Shown here: positions 50,368 to 61,976 of the stretch, in pieces
How positions within the stretch are numbered: the stretch's first letter is position 1
How the letters are laid out: each line of letters begins with the position of its first letter
Source: Convolutriloba macropyga
Lineage: Eukaryota
Reading direction: 5' to 3'
Assembly: GCF_964194025.1 (NCBI RefSeq)
Contig: NC_134474.1
Coordinates: 21,948,001 to 22,012,000, forward strand
Length of the DNA: 64,000 nucleotides
Program-made: the position numbers and the translations under genes
Notes under the pieces: generated by a model
What the model saw: the letters and a program-made list of their open reading frames with translations, nothing else
Database searches by the model: none
What the model was told of the DNA's origin: nothing

Positions 50368-51525
50368 CACTATGGTACCAAAAAGCTACGTACACCTAAA
50401 GATTTTTTATAAAGCAATACAAACATCAAGTAATATAACATTTTCAGTTCAGATTTTGTTCTCTAATAACGTGTCATTACACCTTTAGCTTTTTTGACGT
50501 CTAGAAGACGGTTTGTATAGTTTTCATACAGGGTTCTCACGACGTCTGGGTTAATTTCTTTCCAAATTTCATACACATTTTCTTCTAAATTTTCCCAAAA
50601 AAATGTCTGTTTTCGTAATCGTTGATTTAAAATTGCCCATAAATTTTCAATAGAGTTCAGATCTGGGCTGTATGCCGGCCATTCGTGTACCTTTCTTTCA
50701 TTTTTTAGGATAAAATTGCTGATAATCTTCGACATATGCACAGGAGCATTATCTTGTTGAAAAATAGTGTTCAGGAAATGCATTTTTTCTTCGTAAATTT
50801 TCAAAATTTTCAAATGACCGAGAGCGTTTAGCTTGTCTAGACACTTAGCAAACAATTTCCGTCCCTCTTATTGTTTTGCACCACAAAACATAAGTGATCG
50901 TTTGAGCGAACTCAAATTTTTTGTTTTTTTTTTCAAGAAATCTCGTTCCATTTCTTCGAAAAACTAGCAATTTCGTTGCTGGAGATGTGCATCAGTAAAA
51001 CAAACATTCTGCCAGAAAGAGAACGGCTTCTTTAGTATATTGATAAACGATTTGGAACAAAAACACTTGCTTTTCGTCTTCAAACTGCCTTTTTTGCCAG
51101 CATTTCTTAAAAAACCGCCATAATTTCTGAGAATTCGTCTAGCTGTACCTCTGGAAACTGTATTCTATCAAGAAAAAGCGTTTTGAGCCACTCTGATGCG
51201 TTCCAGTTAGGTTTTGGGATCTTTGATCCTCGAAACTGTTATTTTTCAAGTAACGTTTGCATGCACACTGTGCACTGGATCTTGACTTCAATTTGAGTTG
51301 TTTTTGTATTTTAGATCATGAAAATCCGACATCTTGTAGCGTAACAACTTGGCGAACGGTGGAGGAACGGTTTAACCATCTTTTCTGTTTAAGCGAAGAA
51401 AAAGAAAATGAAATTTCTTTTAAAACTTCTAAATTTCACGCCTTAGCGCAAATCATGCTTATGAAGCACGAATCACGCTTTAAAAGAAGAAATCATGCTG
51501 TACGTAGCTTTTTGGTACCATAGTG
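50368..51525 (-). mobile_element. Tc1-family DNA transposon, full length, decayed transposase
   Basis: 27-bp TIRs CACTATGGTACCAAAAAGCTACGTACA / TGTACGTAGCTTTTTGGTACCATAGTG with TA duplications at 50366-67 and 51526-27. Confidence 0.95.
50463..51330 (-). pseudogene. Tc1 DD34E transposase pseudogene
   Basis: WQNVCFTD, FQQDNAPVH, WPAYSPDLNSIENLW with 34 residues between D and E; the 5' half is frameshifted. Confidence 0.9.
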
Positions 51526-51599
51526 TATATCGTCCCAAGAAAAAACAATTATAGGTAAAGCATTAGTGACTTCATGTTTAGGTTCAACTGGACTCTCAA

Positions 51600-53800
51600 G
51601 TTTATTTTTAAAATAAAAACCAATAAAATTTTTGATTTTATGTCTTTTTATATTACAACACAAGATCCATCCTTTTGATTACATTAATCAAAAAATTGTG
51701 TTAATCAAGTTTTTTTCTTCATTTAAAATTGTTATACGTCTATTCATATTCAACACAAATTTTTCATTAACAAAATTTTAAATCCTGTAGTTCAGAATCT
51801 CTTTCTGTTCAATTTTTTTTTGTTTTAGCAATCAAGGGATTTGCATTGTAGAGTATATACTTTTTATACTCCTTACCAACATAGATGCAACTTTTTGATA
51901 ATAATAATTATAGTCATAAAATAAAAAAAGAAACCACAATCTTGCGATAAAGAATACTGTTAACACTATTAATAGCTGTTTTCTTTTTATCTATACAGTA
52001 TTTAATTTTTGAAATTGATCTTTTTGAATTAGATTTTGCTGGTGGATTATAACATAATCATGCTAATATTAGAATTTTAAAGTTTTGGTTTATTTGCTTT
52101 TTTAAGGACAGTTAAATTTGAAACTAGTTGTGGAAGATCACTTGAATGAGAAAATTGTTTTCAAACCAAATTATTTTAAATTATTTAACAAAACTGATGA
52201 CGATTTTGAACCAGGTTTCTTTTAATAGAAATCAAGGTACTAAAGACACTCAACTTAAAGGAAATCATATTGCAGCAGATAGTCATCTGATTTTTGTAAC
52301 AAACTAATGTATCACAAGTAAAGGGATCTACCTGAATGCTAATTTAAGATTGGAAGTGAGTTTTACGCCGGCTGTACAATGAAAATTAAATAAATAACAA
52401 AATCACAATGAGGTTTTCAGAGAAACTACTAAATTCCCCTAAGGTTATAATTGACTGCCACATTACATTAAGCCATATACAAAATATATAATCATGTTGT
52501 TCACAACGTAATCAGTTAATCTTCAAGTGTGCTAGAACTGTTACTGATACTATTTGTAATGCTGTAATGCATTAGTTTTAACAAGAAAATTTATTAGTGT
52601 TAGTAGTGATAGGAATGAGATGGTTGATTTAGCCAGCTAGATGACTTATGACCCAAGTCTATCTATTCAATTATTCTAGTTTTGTATTTTCAAAAAACCT
52701 ATTGCACAATTAAAGCCTGAGTTCAGCCTTTTATTTTCCAGTGAAACTTTAGTGAAACTTTAGTGAAACTTTAGCTGTTTTCTTACAACTAAAAAAATTT
52801 AAAATTGATCAGATTGTATTGGCGGCAGACGTTATTCAGTTGCAACTTATATTCATGTCGTAATGACTTCTAAGGGAATTCAAAAAAATAAAAAGCCTTT
52901 GTGAAAATTGTAAAGGAAATAAATCAATGACTTTATCTGAAACAATAAAAGAAGCTGACGAGCTGAAAGATTTCATTAAGAATGTAGGTGGGCAACCATT
53001 AATTTTGGAATCAAAATAGGCTAGTTAGAGCATTCGAAATATTAATTTATATTCGTACATCAATTGCAACTAAAAATAACATTCAATTATTATCTTCAAC
53101 TCCTGCATTAATTAAGTATGCTACTACAGATAAAGAGTTTACGGAAAGTTAATGGTATTTTACATAGGTTGGACGAGAAAGTAACAAACGGGCAAGGGCA
53201 ATATTGAAATATTTAGGTCAGAACACCTTGATTTCTGAAAACATTAGATTCTAAATTATTACTTTTCTTGTGTTCATCATAGACTTTAACTAGCTCATCA
53301 CTTTTGATATTACTATCTTTAATGGATTTGCTATGCAAAAGATGAAGTATATCACAAAATTTTTAGTTAGAATCATCATCTGAGAATACGTTATGAGTTT
53401 ATATTTTACCTTAGTATTAACAAACATTTTTGAAAATGTACCACATACTATGGATGTTGCAAATGCTGATGGTGTGAAACCTGGTCTACATTTATATGTT
53501 AATGCAACTGATGATAATGTCCCAGCTGTTACTATAGATTTAAGTATGTTTTCTGTTATCTCTAATGTATGCGAATTTTTTCTGTATCTGGTTAACATTC
53601 TCTGATAATTCATTGTTTCAGTTTCAGGCTGGTTTTTAATACCTTTTATAATGTTAAGCATATTACCAAAATTTTCAGCTATATTTTATCATTTACGAAC
53701 TGTTCAGATATACTTGATAGTTCAGGGTGAATAGTTTGTAGCAGAATATATACTACTAACAAGACTGTTTTAGGTTTGTCTTGATACACTACTGTCTATC
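51600..53800. mobile_element. Further Polinton-like accessory gene relics
   Basis: Plus strand CIGGRRYS...CENCKGNKSMTLSETIKEADELKDFIKNVG (~52815-52990); minus ORF 53290..53661 with a basic/coiled segment followed by a hydrophobic hairpin, similar in style to the small genes at about 2570-3440 and 6240-7000. Confidence 0.45.
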
Positions 53801-55667
53801 GCTTCCTTACATAATCTCAAACTGATCAGTAGCTTAAATAACACGTAGTTTCAAGATCAGGTGGGCGTGTGGATTTCTAGCCAAGATTAAAACAAATTAC
53901 TCAATCAATACAGTGGATGCAGCCTCAAACTTAAGTGTTGTTCATTTATGATTTTTTTTTACTCTGAATCTCTTAAAATATGACGATACTGTCTTAATAA
54001 AGCCTCCTTTTTTCAGTTCTTTTATATGAAGAAACATGAAACTGCTTTTAAGTTTTAAGTTTCATTATGCGCTTCTGAAGTGTTGCTCTAGATTCAAGGT
54101 TCGTTCGTCCCTTTCAAGTAATTTGGGTCAGAAATATGAAAATCTGACACAAGGAATTACTCAACAACTGAATCTATATCTGAAACCATATATGGGAAAA
54201 ACAACTTGCCTCTTATCGTTATGCGGAATTATAGCCTGAAACTTGTTGAACAACTGCAGATAGGAAAATTATAGGAACATCGACAAACCTGATCAGAAGA
54301 ACAGATTGTTGGTCGACACATCAACAATCATATGAAAAACGCATCTGACAAACTTAATCGATTCCAGGACCTTTTTGTTTTCAGTCATGAACTTCAGTTT
54401 CTAAAAATTGCGTTAATTGGCTGAGTTTGAACTTTTTTTGAACTTGTTTGGTTGTTGTGTTTGTAAATAATGAGAGATCAGAGCTACAACACAGTGGCGG
54501 AATTCAGACATTCCAACAATTCATCCATTTAAGAGGTCCATGAGGACTCACACTACGCTAAATATTTTATATGCATCGCAATAATACGGCCAGTATTTTA
54601 TATGCATCGCAATAATAAAAAATGTTGCGAGGCCAGCAACACACTGGAACAAGCTTTGGGCACCTCGCCAGAAAAATGTGGACTTACGCAGTAGAATTGT
54701 GCAACGTGCTGAATATTTCGGCGGATTCCGAGTTTGCGCTGAAGACGACTAACGGAGTTCTCATTGAGAAAAGTTTGTCCTGTCTGCTCAATTTATGTCT
54801 CATTTAAATGCACTCACTGTTCGATGCTTCCGTTGAACAAATCAGCTTCGATTCTATGATAATAAAAAAACTGCTGTGGTATTAATCAACGCTTTATTTG
54901 AAGGGAAAGCGGTGTTATGATTTCTGGAAAAGGAAATTTATTTGAGATAAGTTTACGTTGTTTTCTAAACTAACATTACGGGCGTCTACACCAAATTTTT
55001 GAGCAATTTTACTCGTTTTTAATACCAGATTTCACTTTTCCTATGTAAATATATTAAGCGTGGGAAACATGCTTAGTTTTTTCACCAGTTGGGTGCTAAA
55101 CAACAAAAGTAGTAAGAATGAATAGTGGTGAAAAGGGATCACAAGTGACTTAGAGTCAGAAGTGACTGATATGCAGATGTCACAAGTTCTGAGGCCTGTT
55201 ACTGAGGTTAATTTTTGTGAAAATTCCAATGATTGAGATGAAATAACTTCACCGCTAAAAACCGCATGTCTGACAAAATTACACCACTTTCACCGTACTC
55301 ACCTTCTAAATTTGTAGGCACTCCGGAGCTACCTAACGGAGCTTTGCAGCCCTGAATCAGTACAATTTGCATCATCCATTTTTTGAAGATCATTATTATG
55401 TGCATGTCACTTTCTGTTATGTATAGGCTGTAGTTTATCAACTTAATGAGTCATATGCATGCAAATTTTATGCACATTCTTTCTCGCCTAATATATCTTA
55501 CATGTACATGTACTTGCAACAGATTGCTCTTAAGATGCACATAAAGAGCGCCAGTGTGATTTTGATCTGGCCAGGCGTAATTACAAACCACTTGAGGGTG
55601 AACAAATTCAATCTGCTAACGCGAGATAATTGCCCCTAATTGTTTTCGCTCTACTACAAACTATAAC

Positions 55668-55945
55668 TCTTTTATTAAATCCATGCACTCGCATCTCTTT
55701 TATTAAATCCATGCACTCATCTCTTTTTATCATAACTCATCCTTTGCACTATTTGCACTCATCCTTTGAAGGAAAAAAGGAAAGAAAAAAATGACATGAA
55801 TTTATAAATGAAGGAAAAGATGACATGAATTTATAAATAAATGACATGAATTATAATGACATGAATTATAATATATAACTATACGAAGCAAATTAATAAG
55901 ATCGGAGTTTCATTAGTTTTAGTTTCATTAGTTTTAGTTTCCAGT
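55668..55945. repeat. Cluster of short local duplications
   Basis: ctctttttattaaatccatgcactc x2, actcatcctttg x2, atgacatgaatt x4, gtttcattagtttta x2. Confidence 0.8.
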
Positions 55946-56150
55946 TCTCTGTTCTTTCTTCTAGCTGGAATTGCACTTCAAATTTGCTTTAAATTGGCAA
56001 ATATTGCCATTTTCAGCTTGCAACTCTACCTGCGGGGTCAGTGAAAAAGGTGGCCAACGGTACCGTATGGTGAAAATTTTAGGTTCATCGAAGAGGTCAG
56101 CATGCAAAAACCTTGCCCTGGGCAGCCAATTTAGGTGTACCCAATAAGCG

Positions 56151-56317
56151 GATCTATTCTGTTTCGCCCCCCCCCCCCGTATTCTTTATGACCCTCAGTT
56201 ACAAATTATATGTTGTTATGTAGCACGATACTATGTTAAAGAATAGCACGTGCGCCTGGGGATCATAAAAGATTTGTGCTCACTAAGCTGGGGGGGGGGG
56301 GCAAAACAGAATAGATC
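56151..56317. mobile_element. ~167-bp MITE-like hairpin
   Basis: TIRs GATCTATTCTGTTTCGC(C)n / (G)nGCAAAACAGAATAGATC; no clear TSD. Confidence 0.7.
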
Positions 56318-56710
56318 ACATTAAGCAATCACGTGGAAAAGCAAAATTTCTTTCAGACAACAAAAAGCATCAATAACACCGTTTTGTGTCACTGCCTAAA
56401 ATAGATGTACGAAAATTAAAAATTTTAAAAATTCATTAGGGTTTATGAGAAAAATGACAATTTTGATTAAACATTGGTCAGTTTTTGTTCTTTTTTACAT
56501 TTTTGTCTGGCTCATATTCAATTTAGTTTTTTTGAAATATAATTTTCTCTCCTTTTCATGAAGTTTCATGAAAAGTAATGAAAAATTTTCATAAAATATA
56601 AATTTCCTCAAACTTTTTTAACGTTCTAGGACTACAACTGTTCATAGTCATTATATGAAGATGTAGTTATACGTTTTTTTGGTGTATGAGGGTAACCCGG
56701 TTTATTTCAG

Positions 56711-56863
56711 TATTATCGGAGTTCAGAAAGAGGATGAAGATCCATGAGCGGGTTGTCTCTGCCGCAACTGAGATTGTGAACAAAACTAGAGAGGCGTACA
56801 ATTGCACGGATGTCTCTTTCTGTGTTCTGGTTGTTGTTCACATGCGCATTGAGGACTACACAG
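56711..56863 (+). CDS. Internal exon of a GT11 alpha-1,2-fucosyltransferase-like gene
   Basis: tttatttcag| acceptor, CAG|GTGAGC donor; open frame LSEFRKRMKIHERVVSAATEIVNKTREAYNCTDVSFCVLVVVHMRIEDYT, where VVVHMRIEDY matches the GT11 GDP-fucose motif (VGVHVRRGDY). Confidence 0.65.
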
Positions 56864-57410
56864 GTGAGCACATTCCACCCTCACTATCAATTCAATTTTT
56901 GGGATGAGCAGTGGGGGAGCTTTATTTAACTACCCGGGCCGAGGAATGTGGCCAAAATTATGTAAGATCAGCGGCAACTAGCGTTGACAATTCGGAAAAT
57001 TCACCGCAATTTTCTTACATAATTTTGCGTTGAATGTGTTGAATTTAAAGACAAAAATTCAACGCATTAAACGCAAAATTATGTAAGAAATGGCGGTGAA
57101 TTTTCAGACTTGTCAACGCTAGTTGCCGCTGATCTTACATATTTAGCGTTGAATTTAGCGTAGATCTTACATATTTAGCGTAGAATTTAGCGTAGATCTT
57201 ACATAATTAGCGTTGAATTTAGCGTAGATCTTACATAATTAGCGTTGAATTTAGCGTAGATCTTACATAATTAGCGTTGAATTTAGCGTAGATCTTACAT
57301 AATTAGAGTTGAATTTAGCGTAGATCTTACATAATTAGCGTTGAATTTAGCGTAGATCTTACATATTTTTGCGTTGAATTTAGCGTTGATCTTACAAAAA
57401 ATGAAGTCTG

Positions 57411-57477
57411 GGTATGGGACTCGAACCACTGGCCTCCTGTTTACTTGTCGCCTCTACTACCATTGCGCCACCGTACC
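57411..57477 (-). promoter_or_regulatory. tRNA-derived Pol III A/B-box module inside element copy 2
   Basis: GGTACGG-TGGCGCAATGG-...-GGTTCGAGTCC-CATACC: consensus A and B boxes and a 6/7 acceptor-like stem, but no proper anticodon arm. Confidence 0.6.
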
Positions 57478-58164
57478 TTGGTTATCGTAAGAGCCGCAAT
57501 CCTTATAAAGCGTAGATCTTACATATTTTGCGTTGAACCTAGCGTAGATCTTACATATTTTGCGTTGATTTTAGCGTAGATCTTACATATTTTGCATTGA
57601 ATTTAGCCTAGATCTTACATAATTTCAACGTATTCGACGCATTATTATGTGAGAAGTACAGGTAAAAAACTTAAATTTTTTTTTAAGTTTTGGAAAAAAT
57701 TTGAATTCTTAAACGGTCTGAAATGGTTTTTGCACCGTAAGAGAGCAATTGGTTATCTTTTGCTGACTTCATTTTTCTCAATTGTGCAGTATAGGCGTCG
57801 AAACAGTTAAAAAATTAATTTTTCGAAAAAAAATTGAAATCATCAAATGGTCTGAATTGGATTTTGCACTCTAAAAGAGCACTAAAAAAAGACTTTTTCT
57901 GACTTCTTGTTACTCACTTTTTGAGTATAGGCTTCGAAATAGTGAAAAAATTAATTTTTCGAAGAAAAAATTTGAAAAAAAGTTTGAAATCTTAAAATGA
58001 TCTGAAAAGGATTTTGCACTATAAAAGAGCACTAAAAAGTGATTTTTCTCACCTGTACAGTATAGGGTCGAAACAGTTAAAAAATGTACTTTTTGAAAAA
58101 AAATTGAAAAACTTCTGAAATCATAAAGTTGTCTGAAATAGAATTCAAAAAATTCAACCTTTAA

Positions 58165-59450
58165 TTTGTAAGATATACGCCAAAATTCTACGCAAAATAT
58201 GTAAGATTGGTGTTCAAAGCGTTGAATTTATGTAAGATCTACGCTAAAGTCAACGCTAAATATGTAAGATCTACGCTACAATTCAACACTGAATATGTAA
58301 GATTAGCGTTGAATGCGTTGAATTTATGTAAGATCTACGCTAATTTCAACGCTTAATATGTAAGATCTACGCTAAAATTCAACGCTAAATATGTAAGATC
58401 TACGCCAAAATTCAACACAAAATTATGTAAACTTAGCGTTGAATGCGTTGAATTTATGTAAGATCTACGCTAAAATTCAACGCTAAATATGTAAGATCTA
58501 CGCTAAAATTCAACGCTAAATATGTAAGATCTACGCCAAAACTCAACGCAAATTTATGTAAGATAAGCGTTGAATGCGTTGAATTTATATAAGATCTACG
58601 CTAAATTCAACGCTTAATATGTAAGATCTACGCTAAAATTCAAGGCTAAATATGTAAGATCTACGCCAAAATTCAACGCAAAATTATGTAAGATTAGCGT
58701 TGAATGCGTTGAATTTATGTAAGATCTACGCTAAATTCAACGCTTATTATGTAAGATCTACGCTAAAATTCAACGCTAAAGATGTAAGATCTACGCCAAA
58801 ATTCAACGCAAAATTATGTAAGATTAGCGTTGAATGCGTTGAATTTATGTAAGATCTACGCTAAATTCAACGCTAAATATGTAAGATCTACGCCAAAATT
58901 CTACGCAATATAATGTAAGATAGGTGTTGAAAGCGTTGAATTTATGTAAGATCTACGCTAAATTAAACGCTAAAAATGTAATATCTACGTTACAATTCAA
59001 CGCTAAAAATGTAAGATCTACGCCAAATTTCAACGCAAAATATGTAAGATTGGCGTTGAATGCGTTGAATTTATGTAAGATCTACGCTAAATTCAACGCT
59101 AAATATGTAAGATTGGCGTTGAATGCGTTGAATTTATGTAAGATCTACGCTAAATTCAACGCTAAAAATGTAAGATCTACGCTAAAATTCAACGCTAAAT
59201 ATGTAAGATCTACGCGAAAATTCAACGCAAAATTATGTAAGATTAGCGTTGAATGCGTTGAATTTATGTAAGATCTACGCTAAAATTCAACGCTAAATAT
59301 GTAAGATCTACGCCAAAATTCAACGCAAAATTATGTAAGATTAGCGTTGAATGCGTTGAATTTATGTAAGATCTACGCTCAAGCGTAGATCTTACATAAA
59401 TTCTACGCATTCAACGCCAATCTTACATAATTTTGCGTTTTTTAGCGTTG
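58165..59450. repeat. Higher-order satellite: ~130-bp units made of four ~32-33-bp monomers
   Basis: Landmark agcgttgaatgcgttgaattt at about 58305, 58435, 58567, 58696, 58826; monomers centred on gtaagatctacgc; orientation flips near 59380. Confidence 0.9.
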
Positions 59451-59646
59451 ACACCTCGGCCCGGGTAATGCGTATTATGAATTTAATGGTTTTGATCTTC
59501 AAAAATTATCTATAACAGAAGTTCCTCAGCATTTAACGTTAAAATGTTTAGAATTTTCACGAGTAACATTTCATCAAATCTGTAAGTTTTTAAAATTTTA
59601 AAATCAGAGTAATTTTTTGTATTATCGAAATATTTATTGTGAGCAA

Positions 59647-59946
59647 NNNNNNNNNNNNNNNNNNNNNNNNNNNNNNNNNNNNNNNNNNNNNNNNNNNNNN
59701 NNNNNNNNNNNNNNNNNNNNNNNNNNNNNNNNNNNNNNNNNNNNNNNNNNNNNNNNNNNNNNNNNNNNNNNNNNNNNNNNNNNNNNNNNNNNNNNNNNNN
59801 NNNNNNNNNNNNNNNNNNNNNNNNNNNNNNNNNNNNNNNNNNNNNNNNNNNNNNNNNNNNNNNNNNNNNNNNNNNNNNNNNNNNNNNNNNNNNNNNNNNN
59901 NNNNNNNNNNNNNNNNNNNNNNNNNNNNNNNNNNNNNNNNNNNNNN
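59647..59946. other. Assembly gap (N run)
   Basis: Run of N. Confidence 1.
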
Positions 59947-60719
59947 GGCTTCCAGCCACCAGCCAACTTGAAACCATTTCCTCTCGTAAAAACTCGGGGA
60001 AATGGACCAAGCCGTCCGCTAACTGGGAAGCCCTGTTTTATCCACTACTATAAGCAAAACGATATACACAATACGCGCTCACCTTGCTCAATCTATAAAT
60101 AGTTCATTAACTGATGAAAAGGAAAAGAGCATGTCATGCTGAAATGGCCGCCTCCATTAACAGAAATGACCATCAACATTAGCAGAATGATATTAAACGA
60201 GTGAAAATTTCGAAAATAAGACATATTTAAATATTAGCTTGCAAGTTGAGTATTTATTAAAATTTTTATTTAATTTTTAATAGATTATACAAAGAATTCA
60301 ATTTAATAGAAGGATTTAATTATTATTTTACTTTAAAATAGGTAAATACTTGATTAATGATAACTAATTTTAATTTAAAAATCAAGTCCGAATATTCCAG
60401 AAAAAGAATGTTCGAGAATAATTCCCTATGACTGAAACTTTTTTCTCCACGGCCTTTTTTGGGTAATAATCGTGACTTTCACTTCTCTACAAAAACAATC
60501 AACAGTTTTCAAACAATTTTAAACAGTTTTCATCATTTGATGAACAAATGTATAACTGACAAAACAAACAAACAAACAAAGAAAAGCAGAAATCTACTGG
60601 TTAGCAAGAATATTTCTAACAATGTTCTTAGCAGAATTTCATAAGGATAGCCAGCTACAGTGTAGGTGCATGACAGAATTACAATTTTCATAAATGATAA
60701 ACAAATAAAAACAATTTTT

Positions 60720-60852
60720 TATTAATACTGATATCTTTACTACTGATACATTAAACATTGATAACCTTACTGCTGATACATTAATATTAATATTTTTACT
60801 ACTAAAACATTAATTTTGATATCCTTACTAATAATAAATTAATATTGATATC
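60720..60852. repeat. ~30-bp tandem repeat (4 copies)
   Basis: attgatatc(c/t)ttactactgatacattaa-like units. Confidence 0.75.
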
Positions 60853-61578
60853 GGCTAAAATTACTATCCCTGTATTGAATAAAACTTTTTTTGCTCGAAT
60901 TTTGCTACTAACTAAATTTAGAAACAGAATTTAGGAATTGCCGTTCCTAAAAATTGTAGTCCGATAACTTGGCTATAACTATGCAAAGGTTCAACCCGCC
61001 ACAATTAGCAGTTGTTAAACACGTGGTTTTACCAGATTGAAAAACTAATAGCAATAATAAATTTTTTTCTGACTTTAACATTAGGAAGTCTCTCTATTGG
61101 ATTCAATAACTCCATTTCGAACTAGACTTAGGCTTAGGCTTCACTAAAGCCAGCAAGAGCAACTGACTATTTCCATGCGAAAATTTTGTCTAATAATCCG
61201 AACAAACAACAGATTGAATCCCAACCAATTGTAAAGAATCTAATGTAGTTTAGTAATGAATTTCGTCTGTTCTTCCGAATAAGACTTATAAAAAATTATA
61301 AGACTCTGAAGCTAATATTACATATATTACATATAATACATATATTACATATATATTCCGAATAAGACTTCAAAGAGAAATTTTTGGACTTCAGTGCAAT
61401 AGTCACAGCTGTTGGTCACAGCTGTTGGTGACAAACTGGGAAATTTCCCATTAATTATTCGCCAGATTCGGGGAGAAAAAAACTAAAGATATTTTACTGA
61501 AGCTAATATTACATATTTTTTTCCAAAAATCATAATTAAGCCTTATAACCCAGTCACTTGTGCCAAAATACAATGGAG

Positions 61579-61930
61579 TTAAATCCGGGGGGAACCAGCC
61601 ACAACTATCTGCGAAACGGTTTTGCCGATATTATATTTATAAACATGCTCTCTGAACTGATTTCTAGTATGACCGAATCCATATCTATTAAGATAGATGC
61701 ATAATCTGCATCTTCCATTTCTAAAACTAAAGACAGAAATATGCTTGTAAAATTTACACATATTACAATAGATATTGATTTCGATTGGCATAATGGTCAC
61801 CCAAAAGTTTAATATAATCTTTTACTTTAACTATATCTTTACATATATAACAACAATACTCTAATATTTTGCAATCATTACAACAATCTTTCCAAGGATT
61901 ATTTTTGCACTTATCACACTTCATTTTTGA
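61579..61930 (-). pseudogene. Small Cys-rich (multi-CxxC) gene, frameshifted, divergent from pPolB
   Basis: ORFs 61763..61978 and 61579..61800 join into CDKC...CNDC...CYIC...CNMC...CRLC. Confidence 0.4.
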
Positions 61931-61976
61931 ATTTCGAAAAAAATTTTTTCCAACATTTTCCCTAATAAAATACACC

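Larger units (their letters stand above)
56933..59465. mobile_element. Non-autonomous CMC-EnSpm/CACTA-like DNA transposon, copy 2
   Basis: Perfect 12-bp TIRs CCCGGGCCGAGG/CCTCGGCCCGGG with TA/TA flanks; same architecture as 34963-36728 with expanded repeat arrays. Confidence 0.9.

Noticed and set aside
58924-59271. 115-aa repetitive ORF (also 36330..36530)
   Set aside because: Translation of the 32-33-bp satellite; monomer lengths are not consistently multiples of three.
61138-61250. Next GT11 exon (ARATDYFHAK resembles the A-x-D-W/Y-F segment)
   Set aside because: Splice phase does not match the 56863 donor, no SDD motif follows and a stop occurs soon after; too weak.
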